Shown here in pieces: positions 1 to 8,938 of a stretch of 32,753 bases of DNA. The first letter of the stretch is position 1. The number at the start of each line of letters is the position of its first letter. The stretch is from a virus (Duplodnaviria > Caudoviricetes): positions 1 through 32,753 of IMG/VR virus record IMGVR_UViG_3300017565_000036; one strand, given 5' to 3'. Below the pieces are notes generated by a model. That model saw only the letters and a list, made by a program, of their open reading frames with translations, was not told the origin of the DNA and ran no database searches. The position numbers and the translations under genes were made by a program.

Positions 1-61
1 ACCCGATAGACCAACGGGCACCGACGCAACCCGAGCGTCGGTGCCCGTTGCCATGTTCACC

Positions 62-78
62 CTAACCAGAGATAGACT
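62..78 (+). promoter_or_regulatory. -10 hexamer TAGACT (73-78) overlapped by palindromic site CTAAC-CAGA-GATAG (62-75); probable leaderless promoter
   Basis: TAnnnT ends 7 nt before ATG 86; no RBS. Confidence 0.55.
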
Positions 79-85
79 TAGTGCC

Positions 86-313
86 ATGACGATCACGACC
101 CCCACCATCCCCGAGCCCGTGCTGGAGGTAGGCCGGGCGTTCGAGAAGCGCCGCGAGATTGCCCAGCGACTCTCCGACCAGGACCGCTACATCGGTGCCG
201 CCGTCCGCACCGCCCGCAAGGCCGGGCACTCGTGGGCGGAGATGGCGCGAGCGGCCAAGGTCAGCGACGTGGCGATCTTGAAGGCCGCGCGCCGCCCGGA
301 GAAGGCGGCATGA
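86..313 (+). CDS. Small helix-turn-helix DNA-binding protein (candidate repressor)
   Basis: 75 aa from ATG 86; C-terminal AVRTARKAGHSWAEMARAAKVSDVAILK is a typical HTH; stop overlaps next ATG (ATGA at 310). Confidence 0.75.
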   Translation: MTITTPTIPEPVLEVGRAFEKRREIAQRLSDQDRYIGAAVRTARKAGHSWAEMARAAKVSDVAILKAARRPEKAA

Positions 314-978
314 GCCCCGCGCGCAAGAAGCCCGAGGCGGAGGTGCCCGCCACCTCGATCCGCATGGTCAAGGTGTCGGACCTCCGACCCGACCCCGACA
401 ACCCCCGCGTGAACAGCGGGGCCGTCGCGTACGTGGTCGAGAGCATCCGCCAGTTCGGGTTCAAGGTGCCCATCGTCATCGGCACCGACAATCTCATCCG
501 CGCCGGGCACACGCGCTACCGCGCCGCCGTGCAGTTGGGGCTCCACGAGGTGCCCTGCATCGACGCGAGCGACCTGACCGAAGAGCAACAGCGCGCGTTT
601 GCCATCGCGGAGAACCGCACCAGCGACTTCGCGTTCTTCGACCTCCCGAAACTGGGTGAGGTCGTCATGGACATCCCCGTCGACCTCCTGGCGGGCTTCG
701 ACATCGACGCGCTGATCACGCCGCAGGACGAGGAGGACAAGGAGCAGGGGAGCAAGGGAACGCCCGAGAAGCGCCCCGGCCTGGACCTCGCCCCGTTTGA
801 GCGTTACCAGTACGTGATGATCCTGTGCCGCACCGAGTTCGACTACACGAACCTCCTCACCCGCCTCGGCCTGGAGAACACGCAGAAGCGCTACGTGGAC
901 GGCGCGCTGAAACAGGGCGCATCGTACGGGCGCGTGATCGAGTACCCCGACTTCCTGGACAAGGTGGACCCGCAGTGA
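310..978 (+). CDS. ParB/Srx-like N-terminal domain protein
   Basis: LRPDPDNPRVN...SIRQFGFKVPIVI...IRAGHTRYRAA...AFAIAENRT matches the ParB-N type found in phage DNA-modification loci. Confidence 0.85.
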   Translation: MSPARKKPEAEVPATSIRMVKVSDLRPDPDNPRVNSGAVAYVVESIRQFGFKVPIVIGTDNLIRAGHTRYRAAVQLGLHEVPCIDASDLTEEQQRAFAIAENRTSDFAFFDLPKLGEVVMDIPVDLLAGFDIDALITPQDEEDKEQGSKGTPEKRPGLDLAPFERYQYVMILCRTEFDYTNLLTRLGLENTQKRYVDGALKQGASYGRVIEYPDFLDKVDPQ

Positions 979-1715
979 AGGTCGACCTCGCGGCGTTCTG
1001 CCGCGACCACGATGTCGCCGTGGTCGTGGTGTCTCGGGACCGCGCGGCCACGCTGGCGAAGTTCACCGACACGCTCCTCGACGGCTACACGCTGTTCTAC
1101 AGCGGCGAAGGGTACGACGACTACGACTACCGAGCGGTCGAGCGATTCGAGGTTCCACGGGGCCTCCAGGGCCTAAGTGTGGTTCGGAACTACGTCCTCG
1201 ACACCCTCCCCCAGCGCACGGTCGTGTTCTTCGATGACGACGTGAACGCCGTCTACTGGGTGGCGGGCAGACGCTCCGTCCGACTCGACATCGAACGGGT
1301 CAAGTTGGCGATCCTCGACATGGTGGTGCACGCCCACGACCAGGGCTCCACCGCGTTCGGCATGAGCCCCCTCGACCTCCGCAAGTCCAGCCCGCTCGTG
1401 CCGTTCCGGCTCCGTGGCGTGTTCGGGACCGTGCTCGGCGTCGTCGGTCGCGACCTTCGCTTCGATGAGCGCAACGTCCTGAAAACCGACTACGACTTCT
1501 GCCTACAGTCGATGGTCGAGTCCCGCATCGTGCACATGGACATGCGCTACTTCGCATCCTCAGCGAAGGACGAGTTGGCCGGTGGCAACATGGAGTTCCG
1601 AACTCAGGTTCGGCGGAAGCGGGAAATCGACAACCTCATCCGGTGGTGGGGCTCCGACGTGATCGTGCCGAAGGACAACAAGGGCAACGAGAAACTGACG
1701 GTGAAGGTGCCATGA
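975..1715 (+). CDS. GT-A glycosyltransferase, TAGT/GREB1-like
   Basis: GTGA-coupled start; motifs VVSRDRA, GLSVVRNYVLD, VFFDDD, KTDYDFCLQ, GGN. Confidence 0.7.
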   Translation: MKVDLAAFCRDHDVAVVVVSRDRAATLAKFTDTLLDGYTLFYSGEGYDDYDYRAVERFEVPRGLQGLSVVRNYVLDTLPQRTVVFFDDDVNAVYWVAGRRSVRLDIERVKLAILDMVVHAHDQGSTAFGMSPLDLRKSSPLVPFRLRGVFGTVLGVVGRDLRFDERNVLKTDYDFCLQSMVESRIVHMDMRYFASSAKDELAGGNMEFRTQVRRKREIDNLIRWWGSDVIVPKDNKGNEKLTVKVP

Positions 1716-2509
1716 GGGTCTTGCAGGTGGGGTACGGCGTCATCGGGCGCGAGGTGTTCACCGACTACTCGGCGGCGCTCGCCGAGGCCGGTCATCGCTA
1801 CATGGTCACTGACCTGTACAAGGCCGCGCCGACCGGTCACGAGTGGGACGGCCAGCCCATCGACCTCGCCGTGATCCTAGTGAACACCCCGGCCCGCGGC
1901 GGGGGCCTGTTCGACTACCACGACATCCTGACCGCGGTTAGGGAGTACAGCGACCTCGCGTCGTTCATCCTCATCCGCTCGACGGTCGGGCTCGACTTCC
2001 TGAGCACCCCGCTCTACCGGTCGATGGCAGGCAAGATCGGGTTCAGCCCCGAGTTCTACGGCGCGACGAAGTGGTCACGCCGCGGCCTCCTCGACCTCGA
2101 CTTCACGATCTACAGCACCGGCGTGCCCGAGTGGTTCATGGAGTCCGTCGACCCCACGTGGTCGCACCCCGACCGGACGCTCACCGGCACCCCCGCCGAG
2201 GTGATCCTCGCCAAGTTGGCCGAGAATGCGTTCCTGGCGACCAAGGTCACGTTCTTCCACGAACTCGCGCTCGCGGCAGAGCGCCACGGTGCCGACCCCG
2301 AGCGGGTGCGCCAGATCGTCACAGCAGACCCGAGGATCGGCCCGGCGCACTCGCACATGGAGGAGCCCGGCTGGCAGTCGCATTGCTTCGACAAGGACGT
2401 ACCGGCGTACGCCCGCACCGTCGACTCGACCCTCGTCCGAGCGGCGATCCAGTCGAACCGAGCGACCCTGCTCCCGGCGAGAAAGCCCCCGGTCCCGCCC
2501 GAAAACTGA
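1712..2509 (+). CDS. UDP-glucose/GDP-mannose dehydrogenase family protein lacking the C-terminal domain
   Basis: GYGVIG Rossmann motif, VNTP, RST, SPEF, KLAENAFLATKVTFFHEL, DPRIG, and catalytic-Cys motif HCFDKD; 265 aa. Confidence 0.85.
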   Translation: MRVLQVGYGVIGREVFTDYSAALAEAGHRYMVTDLYKAAPTGHEWDGQPIDLAVILVNTPARGGGLFDYHDILTAVREYSDLASFILIRSTVGLDFLSTPLYRSMAGKIGFSPEFYGATKWSRRGLLDLDFTIYSTGVPEWFMESVDPTWSHPDRTLTGTPAEVILAKLAENAFLATKVTFFHELALAAERHGADPERVRQIVTADPRIGPAHSHMEEPGWQSHCFDKDVPAYARTVDSTLVRAAIQSNRATLLPARKPPVPPEN

Positions 2510-2527
2510 TAGGCTATAGGTGTAAGC
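2510..2527 (+). promoter_or_regulatory. 18-bp motif copy 1 (TAGGCTATAGGTGTAAGC)
   Basis: One mismatch to copies at 7451, 8898 and 10798; upstream of RBS and ATG 2555. Confidence 0.85.
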
Positions 2528-2554
2528 CAAACACGACCGAAGGGCACACCTCAC

Positions 2555-3175
2555 ATGGGCTACCAGCAACGCACAAAGTCGGGCATGGACTTCTATGAAG
2601 TCGCCTCCCTCCTCCAGAAGTCGCTCCGCCGGGGGGACTCGACTCTCGCCGCACGAGCGGCCAATGAGTTGTTCCCCCAGTTCGCGAACTACACGTGGAA
2701 TCGACTCATGACCGTGAGCGCGGAGGACTGCGCCGGGGTCATCACTCACGAGGTCGTCGCGTTGTACGACGCTTGGGTGAAGGTCAACGAGGGCAAGGGC
2801 GTGAAGGACAAGGGCCGTATCTTCATCGCGAAGGCCGTGGTTCTGCTCGCGCAGGCGAAGCACTCCCGAGACGCCGACGCGCTCAACATCCTCGTCAGCG
2901 ACCGACTCCCCGACGATCACTTCATGGCCGAGGTGCAGGAGGCGGAGGCGATCATCGGCATCCCCGCCGAGCAGTTCGAGATTCCCCGCTGGGTGTACGA
3001 CGTGCACACGCGACGCGGCAAGCAGATGGGGATGACCAAGGCCGACTTCCTCCGCGACGAGGAGGCCGCGCTGACGAACAGCACGAGCATGTACGCGAAC
3101 CTCGACAAGATGATCGCGAGCCCGACCTACGTCGAGCCCGAGTTCGCTCCGGCACCGGGGTTGTTCGATGTCTGA
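2555..3175 (+). CDS. Stand-alone RarA/MgsA C-terminal-domain-like protein
   Basis: FYEVASLLQKSLRRGD...WNRLMTVSAEDC...IPRWVYDVHTRRGKQMG parallels the RarA C-terminal YDLISAxxKSIRGSD...RRLxxxASEDIG; no Walker motifs. Confidence 0.6.
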   Translation: MGYQQRTKSGMDFYEVASLLQKSLRRGDSTLAARAANELFPQFANYTWNRLMTVSAEDCAGVITHEVVALYDAWVKVNEGKGVKDKGRIFIAKAVVLLAQAKHSRDADALNILVSDRLPDDHFMAEVQEAEAIIGIPAEQFEIPRWVYDVHTRRGKQMGMTKADFLRDEEAALTNSTSMYANLDKMIASPTYVEPEFAPAPGLFDV

Positions 3176-3536
3176 GCCGCAGATCGTGAAGCGCACTCAG
3201 GATGAACTCGTAGCCGAACTCCGGTCACGCTTCGGCGACGACCCGAAGCAGTGGGCGTTCATCTGCCCGCGGTGCGGGGACATCGCTCGGAGCGGCGACT
3301 TCACCGACGCGCTCAAAGCCGCGGGCCTGGAAGGGTTCGGCTCGGATCACCTCGGCCAGATATGCGTCGGCAGGCTCCTCGGTGCTCTCGACAAGACGCC
3401 CGAGCCCTACGCGGGCCGGGGGTGCGACTGGGCCGCGTTCGGTCTGTTCCACGGCCCCGAGTTCGTCATCCTCCCCGACGGTCGAGAGCGCCCATGCTTC
3501 GCCATCGCCCCTGCACCGGAGGGGGGCCAGTCATGA
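3168..3536 (+). CDS. Cys-rich hypothetical protein (VVA0879-like CxxC family)
   Basis: RFGDDPKQWAFICPRCG...CVGR...GCDWAAFGLF; family recalled from memory. Confidence 0.6.
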   Translation: MSEPQIVKRTQDELVAELRSRFGDDPKQWAFICPRCGDIARSGDFTDALKAAGLEGFGSDHLGQICVGRLLGALDKTPEPYAGRGCDWAAFGLFHGPEFVILPDGRERPCFAIAPAPEGGQS

Positions 3537-3781
3537 CCGACCCTCAGCCTGCCGATGAATCGCCCCGCATCTGGGCGTACACGATCTACGAGCGCCCGTC
3601 GGACTACCCCGAGAAGTTCGTGCTCCGTGCCTGGTTCGTGAAGGACGGGTCAGTCGTGGCCTACGAGCCGGTCGGCCTCGCTGACAGCCTGGAGGACGCG
3701 CGAGCCCTCGTACCGAACGGTCGCCGACGCATCGGTCGCATGCGGGACGACGACCCGGTGATTGTGGAGTCGTGGGTATGA
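3533..3781 (+). CDS. Hypothetical protein
   Basis: ATGA-coupled start, RBS GGAGG; TIYERPSDYPEKFVLR...DDPVIVESW. Confidence 0.75.
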   Translation: MTDPQPADESPRIWAYTIYERPSDYPEKFVLRAWFVKDGSVVAYEPVGLADSLEDARALVPNGRRRIGRMRDDDPVIVESWV

Positions 3782-4161
3782 GCACGACACTCGAACTCAT
3801 CGCCGCCGAACTGCCCCGGCACGTCGACCTGTTCCTGTTCGAGGAGGTGGACGACCCGGTGGGCGGCATCTACCGCCGCGACACCGGCGGGCTCCGGTGC
3901 TCCTGTGGCGACTGGCAGGCACCGGCGGGACCATACCCGCAGATGACTCGACCCCGAGCGGCGTACCACGAGCACGTCGCCGCGGCGATCCAGCGGGCCA
4001 TCATCACCGACACGGTGGTCGACACCCTCAACGCCGTGAACGAGCGGATCATCGTCCCTCGAATCGGATCGTCGTACATGCGCGAGATGGACCGCGACAT
4101 CGTGACGCTCCGGGCCGCGGCCTCTGCCCTCATCCTCCTGATCGGAGACGCCGATGTCTGA
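3778..4161 (+). CDS. Hypothetical protein (CxC...HxxH)
   Basis: ATGA overlap; GC3-biased codons. Confidence 0.75.
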   Translation: MSTTLELIAAELPRHVDLFLFEEVDDPVGGIYRRDTGGLRCSCGDWQAPAGPYPQMTRPRAAYHEHVAAAIQRAIITDTVVDTLNAVNERIIVPRIGSSYMREMDRDIVTLRAAASALILLIGDADV

Positions 4162-4456
4162 GCACCCCGACGCACCCCGCATCGAGCAGTCGAACGACAT
4201 CAGCGGGATCATCCTCCAGGCGACCGGCGTGGAGCAAGGGCACTTCATCGTGCTCCACGACCGGTTCGCCATCGCCGACGCGCTGTGGGAGGCCGGATAC
4301 CGCAAGGTCGACCTGACCGCCCTCCGTGATCTGATCGCTGAGCACGAGCGCCGGGAGAAGCACAACGCCGAGGTGCCCCTCAATCGACTCAGCGACCTCC
4401 AGCCCGAGCCGACCGCGGCAGAGTACCGGGCGGCTCTCGGATCGGACCTGTCATGA
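4154..4456 (+). CDS. Hypothetical protein
   Basis: 8-bp overlap, RBS GGAG. Confidence 0.75.
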   Translation: MSEHPDAPRIEQSNDISGIILQATGVEQGHFIVLHDRFAIADALWEAGYRKVDLTALRDLIAEHERREKHNAEVPLNRLSDLQPEPTAAEYRAALGSDLS

Positions 4457-4830
4457 GCAACCTCACCCGCGGGGACTTCCGACGCTTCGCGCTCGCGATG
4501 GACGTGCTGGCCGAGCCCGACGCACAGGCCCGACTCGCTCAGGCGCAGATGCTCTCCGCCGCCGCAGCCCCCGACGACCTCGTGGCCGTCATCGCGAAGA
4601 TCAGCGCACAGGGCCGAGTCACGATGGAAGCGCTGAACCAGATCGCGAGCATGGGCTACACGCTCCCCCCACGACCCGAGCCCGACCAGCAGACCCGAGA
4701 CGAGGTGGTCGACTCCCTGGTGCGCGGACTCCCCGACCTCCCGCCCGGCGTCGGCGGCGGCATCCACGTGCACCTGGACGACATCAGCATGGCCCTCCGC
4801 CGTGCATACACGCTCGGACGAATGACCTAA
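4453..4830 (+). CDS. Hypothetical protein
   Basis: ATGA overlap; TAA stop lies within palindromic site 4827-4840. Confidence 0.75.
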   Translation: MSNLTRGDFRRFALAMDVLAEPDAQARLAQAQMLSAAAAPDDLVAVIAKISAQGRVTMEALNQIASMGYTLPPRPEPDQQTRDEVVDSLVRGLPDLPPGVGGGIHVHLDDISMALRRAYTLGRMT

Positions 4831-4843
4831 CCGCGGGTAGACT
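4827..4843 (+). promoter_or_regulatory. Palindromic site CTAAC-CGCG-GGTAG overlapping -10 TAGACT (4838-4843)
   Basis: Same geometry as 62-78; intergenic, upstream of the putative terminase small subunit. Confidence 0.55.
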
Positions 4844-4878
4844 CAGACGACCAGACGCCTATCCCTGGGAGGAGCCCC

Positions 4879-5517
4879 GTGACGACTATCCAGCCGCCCC
4901 GCACACCCGCCAAGCGCAAGCGCGGAGGCATCAGCACACTGAGCCCCACCCGACTCGGAGGCGTCGCGAGCGCGATCATCCAAGGCGACAGCATCACCGC
5001 CGCATGCGCCAGCGCCCTCGTCCCCCCCACCACCTACCAGACGTGGATGCAGAGAGGCGAAGCCGCCATCATCCAAGCCCGCACCGACCTAGACGAACCC
5101 GACATCGAAGGACGCATGTGGGCCTGGATCGAGGCGGGCGGCGGCTTCGGCATGTGCGACGCCCGGCAATGGTACTGGGACTCCAAACCCCCCGCCTGGT
5201 GGCCCAAAACCCTCACCGACCGATGGACCCATGTCGTGTTCGTCGTGGTGGTCGCGTACGCACGCGCGAGGGCGGAGCAGGTGTACCGGGCCACGGTGAC
5301 TCGTGCGGCTCAGGGCACGGCGGGTCAGCCCGCGGATTGGAAGGCGGCTCAGTTCATGCTCACGCACTCGTTCGGGTGGCGTGATGCGAGCCGGGTGGAG
5401 GTCACGGGCGCGAACGGTGGGCCTATCGAGGTGCAGGCGAACCAGGAGCAGGTGCTCGCGGCGCTGGCGGCTCTGGCGCAGAAGCGGCGGACGTTGCAGA
5501 TCGCGGAGTCGGACTGA
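4879..5517 (+). CDS. Probable terminase small subunit
   Basis: RBS GGAGGAG; HTH-like ITAACASALVPPTTYQTW, ARARAE, DWKAAQFML...GWRD..VEVTGANGGPI; upstream of TerL. Confidence 0.6.
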   Translation: MTTIQPPRTPAKRKRGGISTLSPTRLGGVASAIIQGDSITAACASALVPPTTYQTWMQRGEAAIIQARTDLDEPDIEGRMWAWIEAGGGFGMCDARQWYWDSKPPAWWPKTLTDRWTHVVFVVVVAYARARAEQVYRATVTRAAQGTAGQPADWKAAQFMLTHSFGWRDASRVEVTGANGGPIEVQANQEQVLAALAALAQKRRTLQIAESD

Positions 5518-5807
5518 TGCCCCGGTGCGTGTCGCCGGTGGTTCCCTCGACTCCGTGCACGCTGGGCCGGTCCCCGTTCGGCTTCATCCCGTGGCCTGGC
5601 CCCATCGTGCAGTACGTGTACGAGGGCTTCGCTGTGCCGGTGTGGGCTGACCGAGTGCTCCCCTCCTCGACGCTAACCCCCGTTCGGATGGCGGAGGTGG
5701 AGGCAGGCATCGAGCGCATGGCTGAGCAGATGTCCCGAGCCGCCGGGATGACCAGCGAGAGCATCGCTGACGCTCTCCGCCGGATGGCAGAGCAGGTGCG
5801 TCGATGA
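5517..5807 (+). CDS. Hypothetical protein
   Basis: TGATG-coupled upstream and ATGA-coupled to terminase. Confidence 0.55.
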   Translation: MPRCVSPVVPSTPCTLGRSPFGFIPWPGPIVQYVYEGFAVPVWADRVLPSSTLTPVRMAEVEAGIERMAEQMSRAAGMTSESIADALRRMAEQVRR

Positions 5808-7420
5808 CCGACGTGCTCGACACCCTGCTCGACATCCCCGAGGAGGAGCAAGCCGCCCTCCTCGCCGCCATGCCCGAAGCCGCCGACATCGTGTACCAGC
5901 GGGTCCGACAGGAACTCGCCGAAGCATCCCCGCTCGGCCTGGCACAGGTGATCAACGCCGGGCACCGCGACCTCCCGCACCTCGACTACCTCGACGCCCG
6001 ACTGCTAAGGGCGGTTCGGAAGGTCGAGGCCGGAGAGTCCCAGTTCATCCGCATCAGCATGCCCCCACGATCCGGCAAGTCCGTCACCACGTCCGAGTAC
6101 CTGCCCCTGTGGCTCCTGGCCCGGCACCCCGAGTGGAGAGTCGGCCTCATCTCCCACGCCCCCGGCCTGGCCGCTGGGTGGGGCCGTGCCGTGCGCCGCA
6201 TGATCGAGGAGAACCGCGAGACGCTGGGGCTCGAAGTCGCGCGAGACGCGGGCTCAGTGACCGACTGGGAGACGACCAAGCGCGGCGGCATCTCCAGCCG
6301 ATCCGTCGGACAGTCCATCACCGGTCGAGGGTTCAAGGTCATGATCGTGGACGACGTGGTGAAGGACTACGCCGACGCCGCGAGCGAGACGCGCCGCCAG
6401 CACCTCCGCGACTGGTGGCAGACCACCGCCCGCACCCGACTCGAACCGCCCGGCCTGGTCATCGTCATCGGCACACGCTGGCACGAGGACGACTTCACCG
6501 GCTGGGTAGACACCGCCGGTGACCCGTTCCAGACGATCATCTTCGAGGCCATCGCCACCGAGCACGACGACCTCGGCAGAGCCCCCGGCGATCCCCTGTA
6601 CTCCCCGTTCGTCACCGAGACGCGCGAGGAGGCCCTGGCCCGGTGGTCCCAACTCGAAGTCGCCGTCGGCCCGTACGCATGGGCCGCGCTCTACCAGCAA
6701 GACCCCCAGCCCGCGGGCGGCTCCGTGTTCAAGCGCGACTGGTTCCACTACTGGACCCGCGACCCGAACCTCGTCAGCGATCACACGGTCCTCCTCGTGC
6801 CCGAGACGACGCCCGGCCTCACGTGGCTCGACTCGTGGGATGTTGCTATCGAGGAGACGGAGAGCGCCGACTTCACCGTCGGCCAGCGCTGGGCACGCGA
6901 CCTCGAAGGGCGCATGTTCCTCATCGGCCAGGTGCGACAGCAGACGCAGTTCCCCGACACTCTGGAGACGTTCAGGCAGTGGGCGAAACCGGACTCCCTG
7001 CTCGGCACCGGGCGCAACGTCTACCGCCGGGTCGTGGAGCGTGCGGCGAACGGCTACGCGGTGATCAACACCCTGGAGCGCGAGATTCCCGGCGTCGAGG
7101 GCATCAACCCGAAGGGCTCGAAGGAAGTCCGCGCGAACGCGGTCACGCCCGAGGTCGCCGCGGGGATGGTGCACCTGCCTCACCCGTCCGAGCCCGGCAA
7201 CGAGTGGGTGCACAAGTACCTCGATGAGATGGCGAAGTTCCCGAACGCGAAGAACGACGATCAGGTCGACGCGACGACACAAGCCCTTCTGACGCTCCGG
7301 GTGGGCGCGGGGATGACTCACATCCAGAACCCGGCGGATCGGTCCCCTGGCCTGGCCTCGACGGCTGGGAGGACCATCAGCGCCGCGAGGACGGGTGTCC
7401 GACGGTCAGCGGCAGGCTAA
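5804..7420 (+). CDS. terL: Terminase large subunit
   Basis: Walker A MPPRSGKS, ITGRG, Walker B MIVDD, GTRWHEDD, ALYQQDP, nuclease SWD and NDDQVDA. Confidence 0.97.
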   Translation: MTDVLDTLLDIPEEEQAALLAAMPEAADIVYQRVRQELAEASPLGLAQVINAGHRDLPHLDYLDARLLRAVRKVEAGESQFIRISMPPRSGKSVTTSEYLPLWLLARHPEWRVGLISHAPGLAAGWGRAVRRMIEENRETLGLEVARDAGSVTDWETTKRGGISSRSVGQSITGRGFKVMIVDDVVKDYADAASETRRQHLRDWWQTTARTRLEPPGLVIVIGTRWHEDDFTGWVDTAGDPFQTIIFEAIATEHDDLGRAPGDPLYSPFVTETREEALARWSQLEVAVGPYAWAALYQQDPQPAGGSVFKRDWFHYWTRDPNLVSDHTVLLVPETTPGLTWLDSWDVAIEETESADFTVGQRWARDLEGRMFLIGQVRQQTQFPDTLETFRQWAKPDSLLGTGRNVYRRVVERAANGYAVINTLEREIPGVEGINPKGSKEVRANAVTPEVAAGMVHLPHPSEPGNEWVHKYLDEMAKFPNAKNDDQVDATTQALLTLRVGAGMTHIQNPADRSPGLASTAGRTISAARTGVRRSAAG

Positions 7421-7468
7421 CCCCGATTAGACATGACCCGATCAGTGGGCTAGACTATAGGTGTAAGC
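7417..7468 (+). promoter_or_regulatory. Promoter cassette: palindrome 7417-7430, -35 TAGACA 7428-7433, 17-nt spacer, 18-bp motif 7451-7468
   Basis: Same architecture at 8864 and 15545. Confidence 0.85.
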
Positions 7469-7492
7469 CAAACCGAACCGAAAGGCAGACCG

Positions 7493-7732
7493 ATGACCGG
7501 CAACCGCTATCACGAGCCCTGGAGCACCGAACTCGCGAGCGACTACTCGCTCCCCATCGAGGAGGTCGACGCGGCAATCGACAACGCCCTCGACACCGCG
7601 GCCATGCAGGACGGCTGGAACGGCATCCCCGAGTTGACCGACCGCATCTGGAACCGCATCGGCTCCGACGTGGAGAACGACCTCATCCAGCGCTCCCGTG
7701 ACCTCATCGAGGACATGGCGGTGACGGCATGA
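7493..7732 (+). CDS. Hypothetical protein
   Basis: RBS GAAAGG downstream of promoter motif. Confidence 0.8.
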   Translation: MTGNRYHEPWSTELASDYSLPIEEVDAAIDNALDTAAMQDGWNGIPELTDRIWNRIGSDVENDLIQRSRDLIEDMAVTA

Positions 7733-8478
7733 GCGAGGCGAAGCGCGAGAAGAAGGCCGACACCATCGCCGCACTGCTGGCGAAGGCCGAGTCCACCACG
7801 CCCGAGGAGGCCGAGGCTCTGCGCGAGCACGCCTACCGGCTCATGGAGCGGTACATGATCGACCAGGCCGTCATCGACGCCCGACGCGCGAAGTTGGGCC
7901 AGGCGTCCGAGCAGATCGTCACCAAGATCATCTCGTTCGAGGGCATGTACCGGAAGGACATGCAGGCCCTCGGCTCTCAGGTCGTGCACGCGCTCGGCAC
8001 CATGCGACCCCTCATCTCGAACGGCAGGCTCACCGCCTCGCTCCACATCGTCGGGTTCGAGTCCGATGTCGCTCAGGCGGAGGTGCTGATCCGATCCCTC
8101 GAAGTGCAGGCGCTCCTCGCGGTGAAGGACTGGTGGTACAGCGTCCGCGACACGTTCGAGTTCCGGTATCACACCGACTCCGAGAAGGTGCGAGCCCGCC
8201 ACACGTTCGTCACCGCCTTCGGCATGGGCGTCGGCGAGCGCATCGAGGCGAACCGCAATCAGGTCGTGCAGGAAGCCGGGAGCGGCACCGACCTCGTGCT
8301 CCTCGACCGGAAGTCCAAGGTGGACGAGCACGTGGACGGCATGAACCTCCGCAACACCCGCTCCCGCCGCAAGTACGACCCGAACGCCTTCGTCTCCGGC
8401 GTCGCCGCGGGCCACCGAGCGAACACCGGCGAGCGCTCCGTGTCTCAGGGCCGCGGGCTCCCGGCAGGGCGGTCATGA
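7729..8478 (+). CDS. DUF2786-like protein
   Basis: N-terminal IAALLAKAESTTPEEAEALREHAYRLMERYMID. Confidence 0.7.
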   Translation: MSEAKREKKADTIAALLAKAESTTPEEAEALREHAYRLMERYMIDQAVIDARRAKLGQASEQIVTKIISFEGMYRKDMQALGSQVVHALGTMRPLISNGRLTASLHIVGFESDVAQAEVLIRSLEVQALLAVKDWWYSVRDTFEFRYHTDSEKVRARHTFVTAFGMGVGERIEANRNQVVQEAGSGTDLVLLDRKSKVDEHVDGMNLRNTRSRRKYDPNAFVSGVAAGHRANTGERSVSQGRGLPAGRS

Positions 8479-8753
8479 TGCTCCCCGCTCTCCGGCAGGA
8501 GCGATCCCCGAACCTCGTGAGCGTCTGGGTGGACGGCGTGCGCTACTGGTTCTCGTTCGAGTCGTGCATCGCCTTCCGGGTGTCCGGTGAGGAGCGCGTC
8601 ATCTCGGAGAACGTCTGGTCGGCCAAGACCGGCAGGCACCTCAACCTCGTCGGCCCGAAGTCCGACCGCATCCCGCACGAGGAGTTCCTTCGACGGTTGG
8701 AGCAGGTGCAGGCCCGGCGACTGACCGAGGCGGAGGCCGCACGTGGACGCTGA
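8475..8753 (+). CDS. Hypothetical protein
   Basis: ATGA overlap; WFSFESCIAF...ENVWSAKTGRHLN. Confidence 0.75.
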   Translation: MMLPALRQERSPNLVSVWVDGVRYWFSFESCIAFRVSGEERVISENVWSAKTGRHLNLVGPKSDRIPHEEFLRRLEQVQARRLTEAEAARGR

Positions 8754-8877
8754 GCCCGAGTTCCGCATCGTGTGCGACGGCGGTTGTGGGCGGGTGATGG
8801 TCACCTCTCGACCGACGGTGCTGTGGACGGTGACCACGTGCCCCGAGTGCCTGGCCGCACGCCCTAACTCCGATTAG
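8743..8877 (+). CDS. 44-aa zinc-ribbon-like protein (not in ORF track)
   Basis: RBS GGAGG, GTG start; MDAEPEFRIVCDGGCGRVMVTSRPTVLWTVTTCPECLAARPNSD. Confidence 0.6.
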   Translation: MDAEPEFRIVCDGGCGRVMVTSRPTVLWTVTTCPECLAARPNSD

Positions 8878-8915
8878 ACATCCTGTCATCCGTGGGCTAG
8901 ACTATAGGTGTAAGC
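8864..8915 (+). promoter_or_regulatory. Promoter cassette: palindrome 8864-8877, -35 TAGACA 8875-8880, 17-nt spacer, 18-bp motif 8898-8915
   Basis: Near-identical to 7417-7468. Confidence 0.85.
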
Positions 8916-8938
8916 CAAACCCCGACCGAGGAGGCACC

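Noticed and set aside
310-978. ParB as a plasmid-prophage partition system
   Set aside because: No parA in the window, no clear central HTH, and the gene is coupled to a glycosyltransferase
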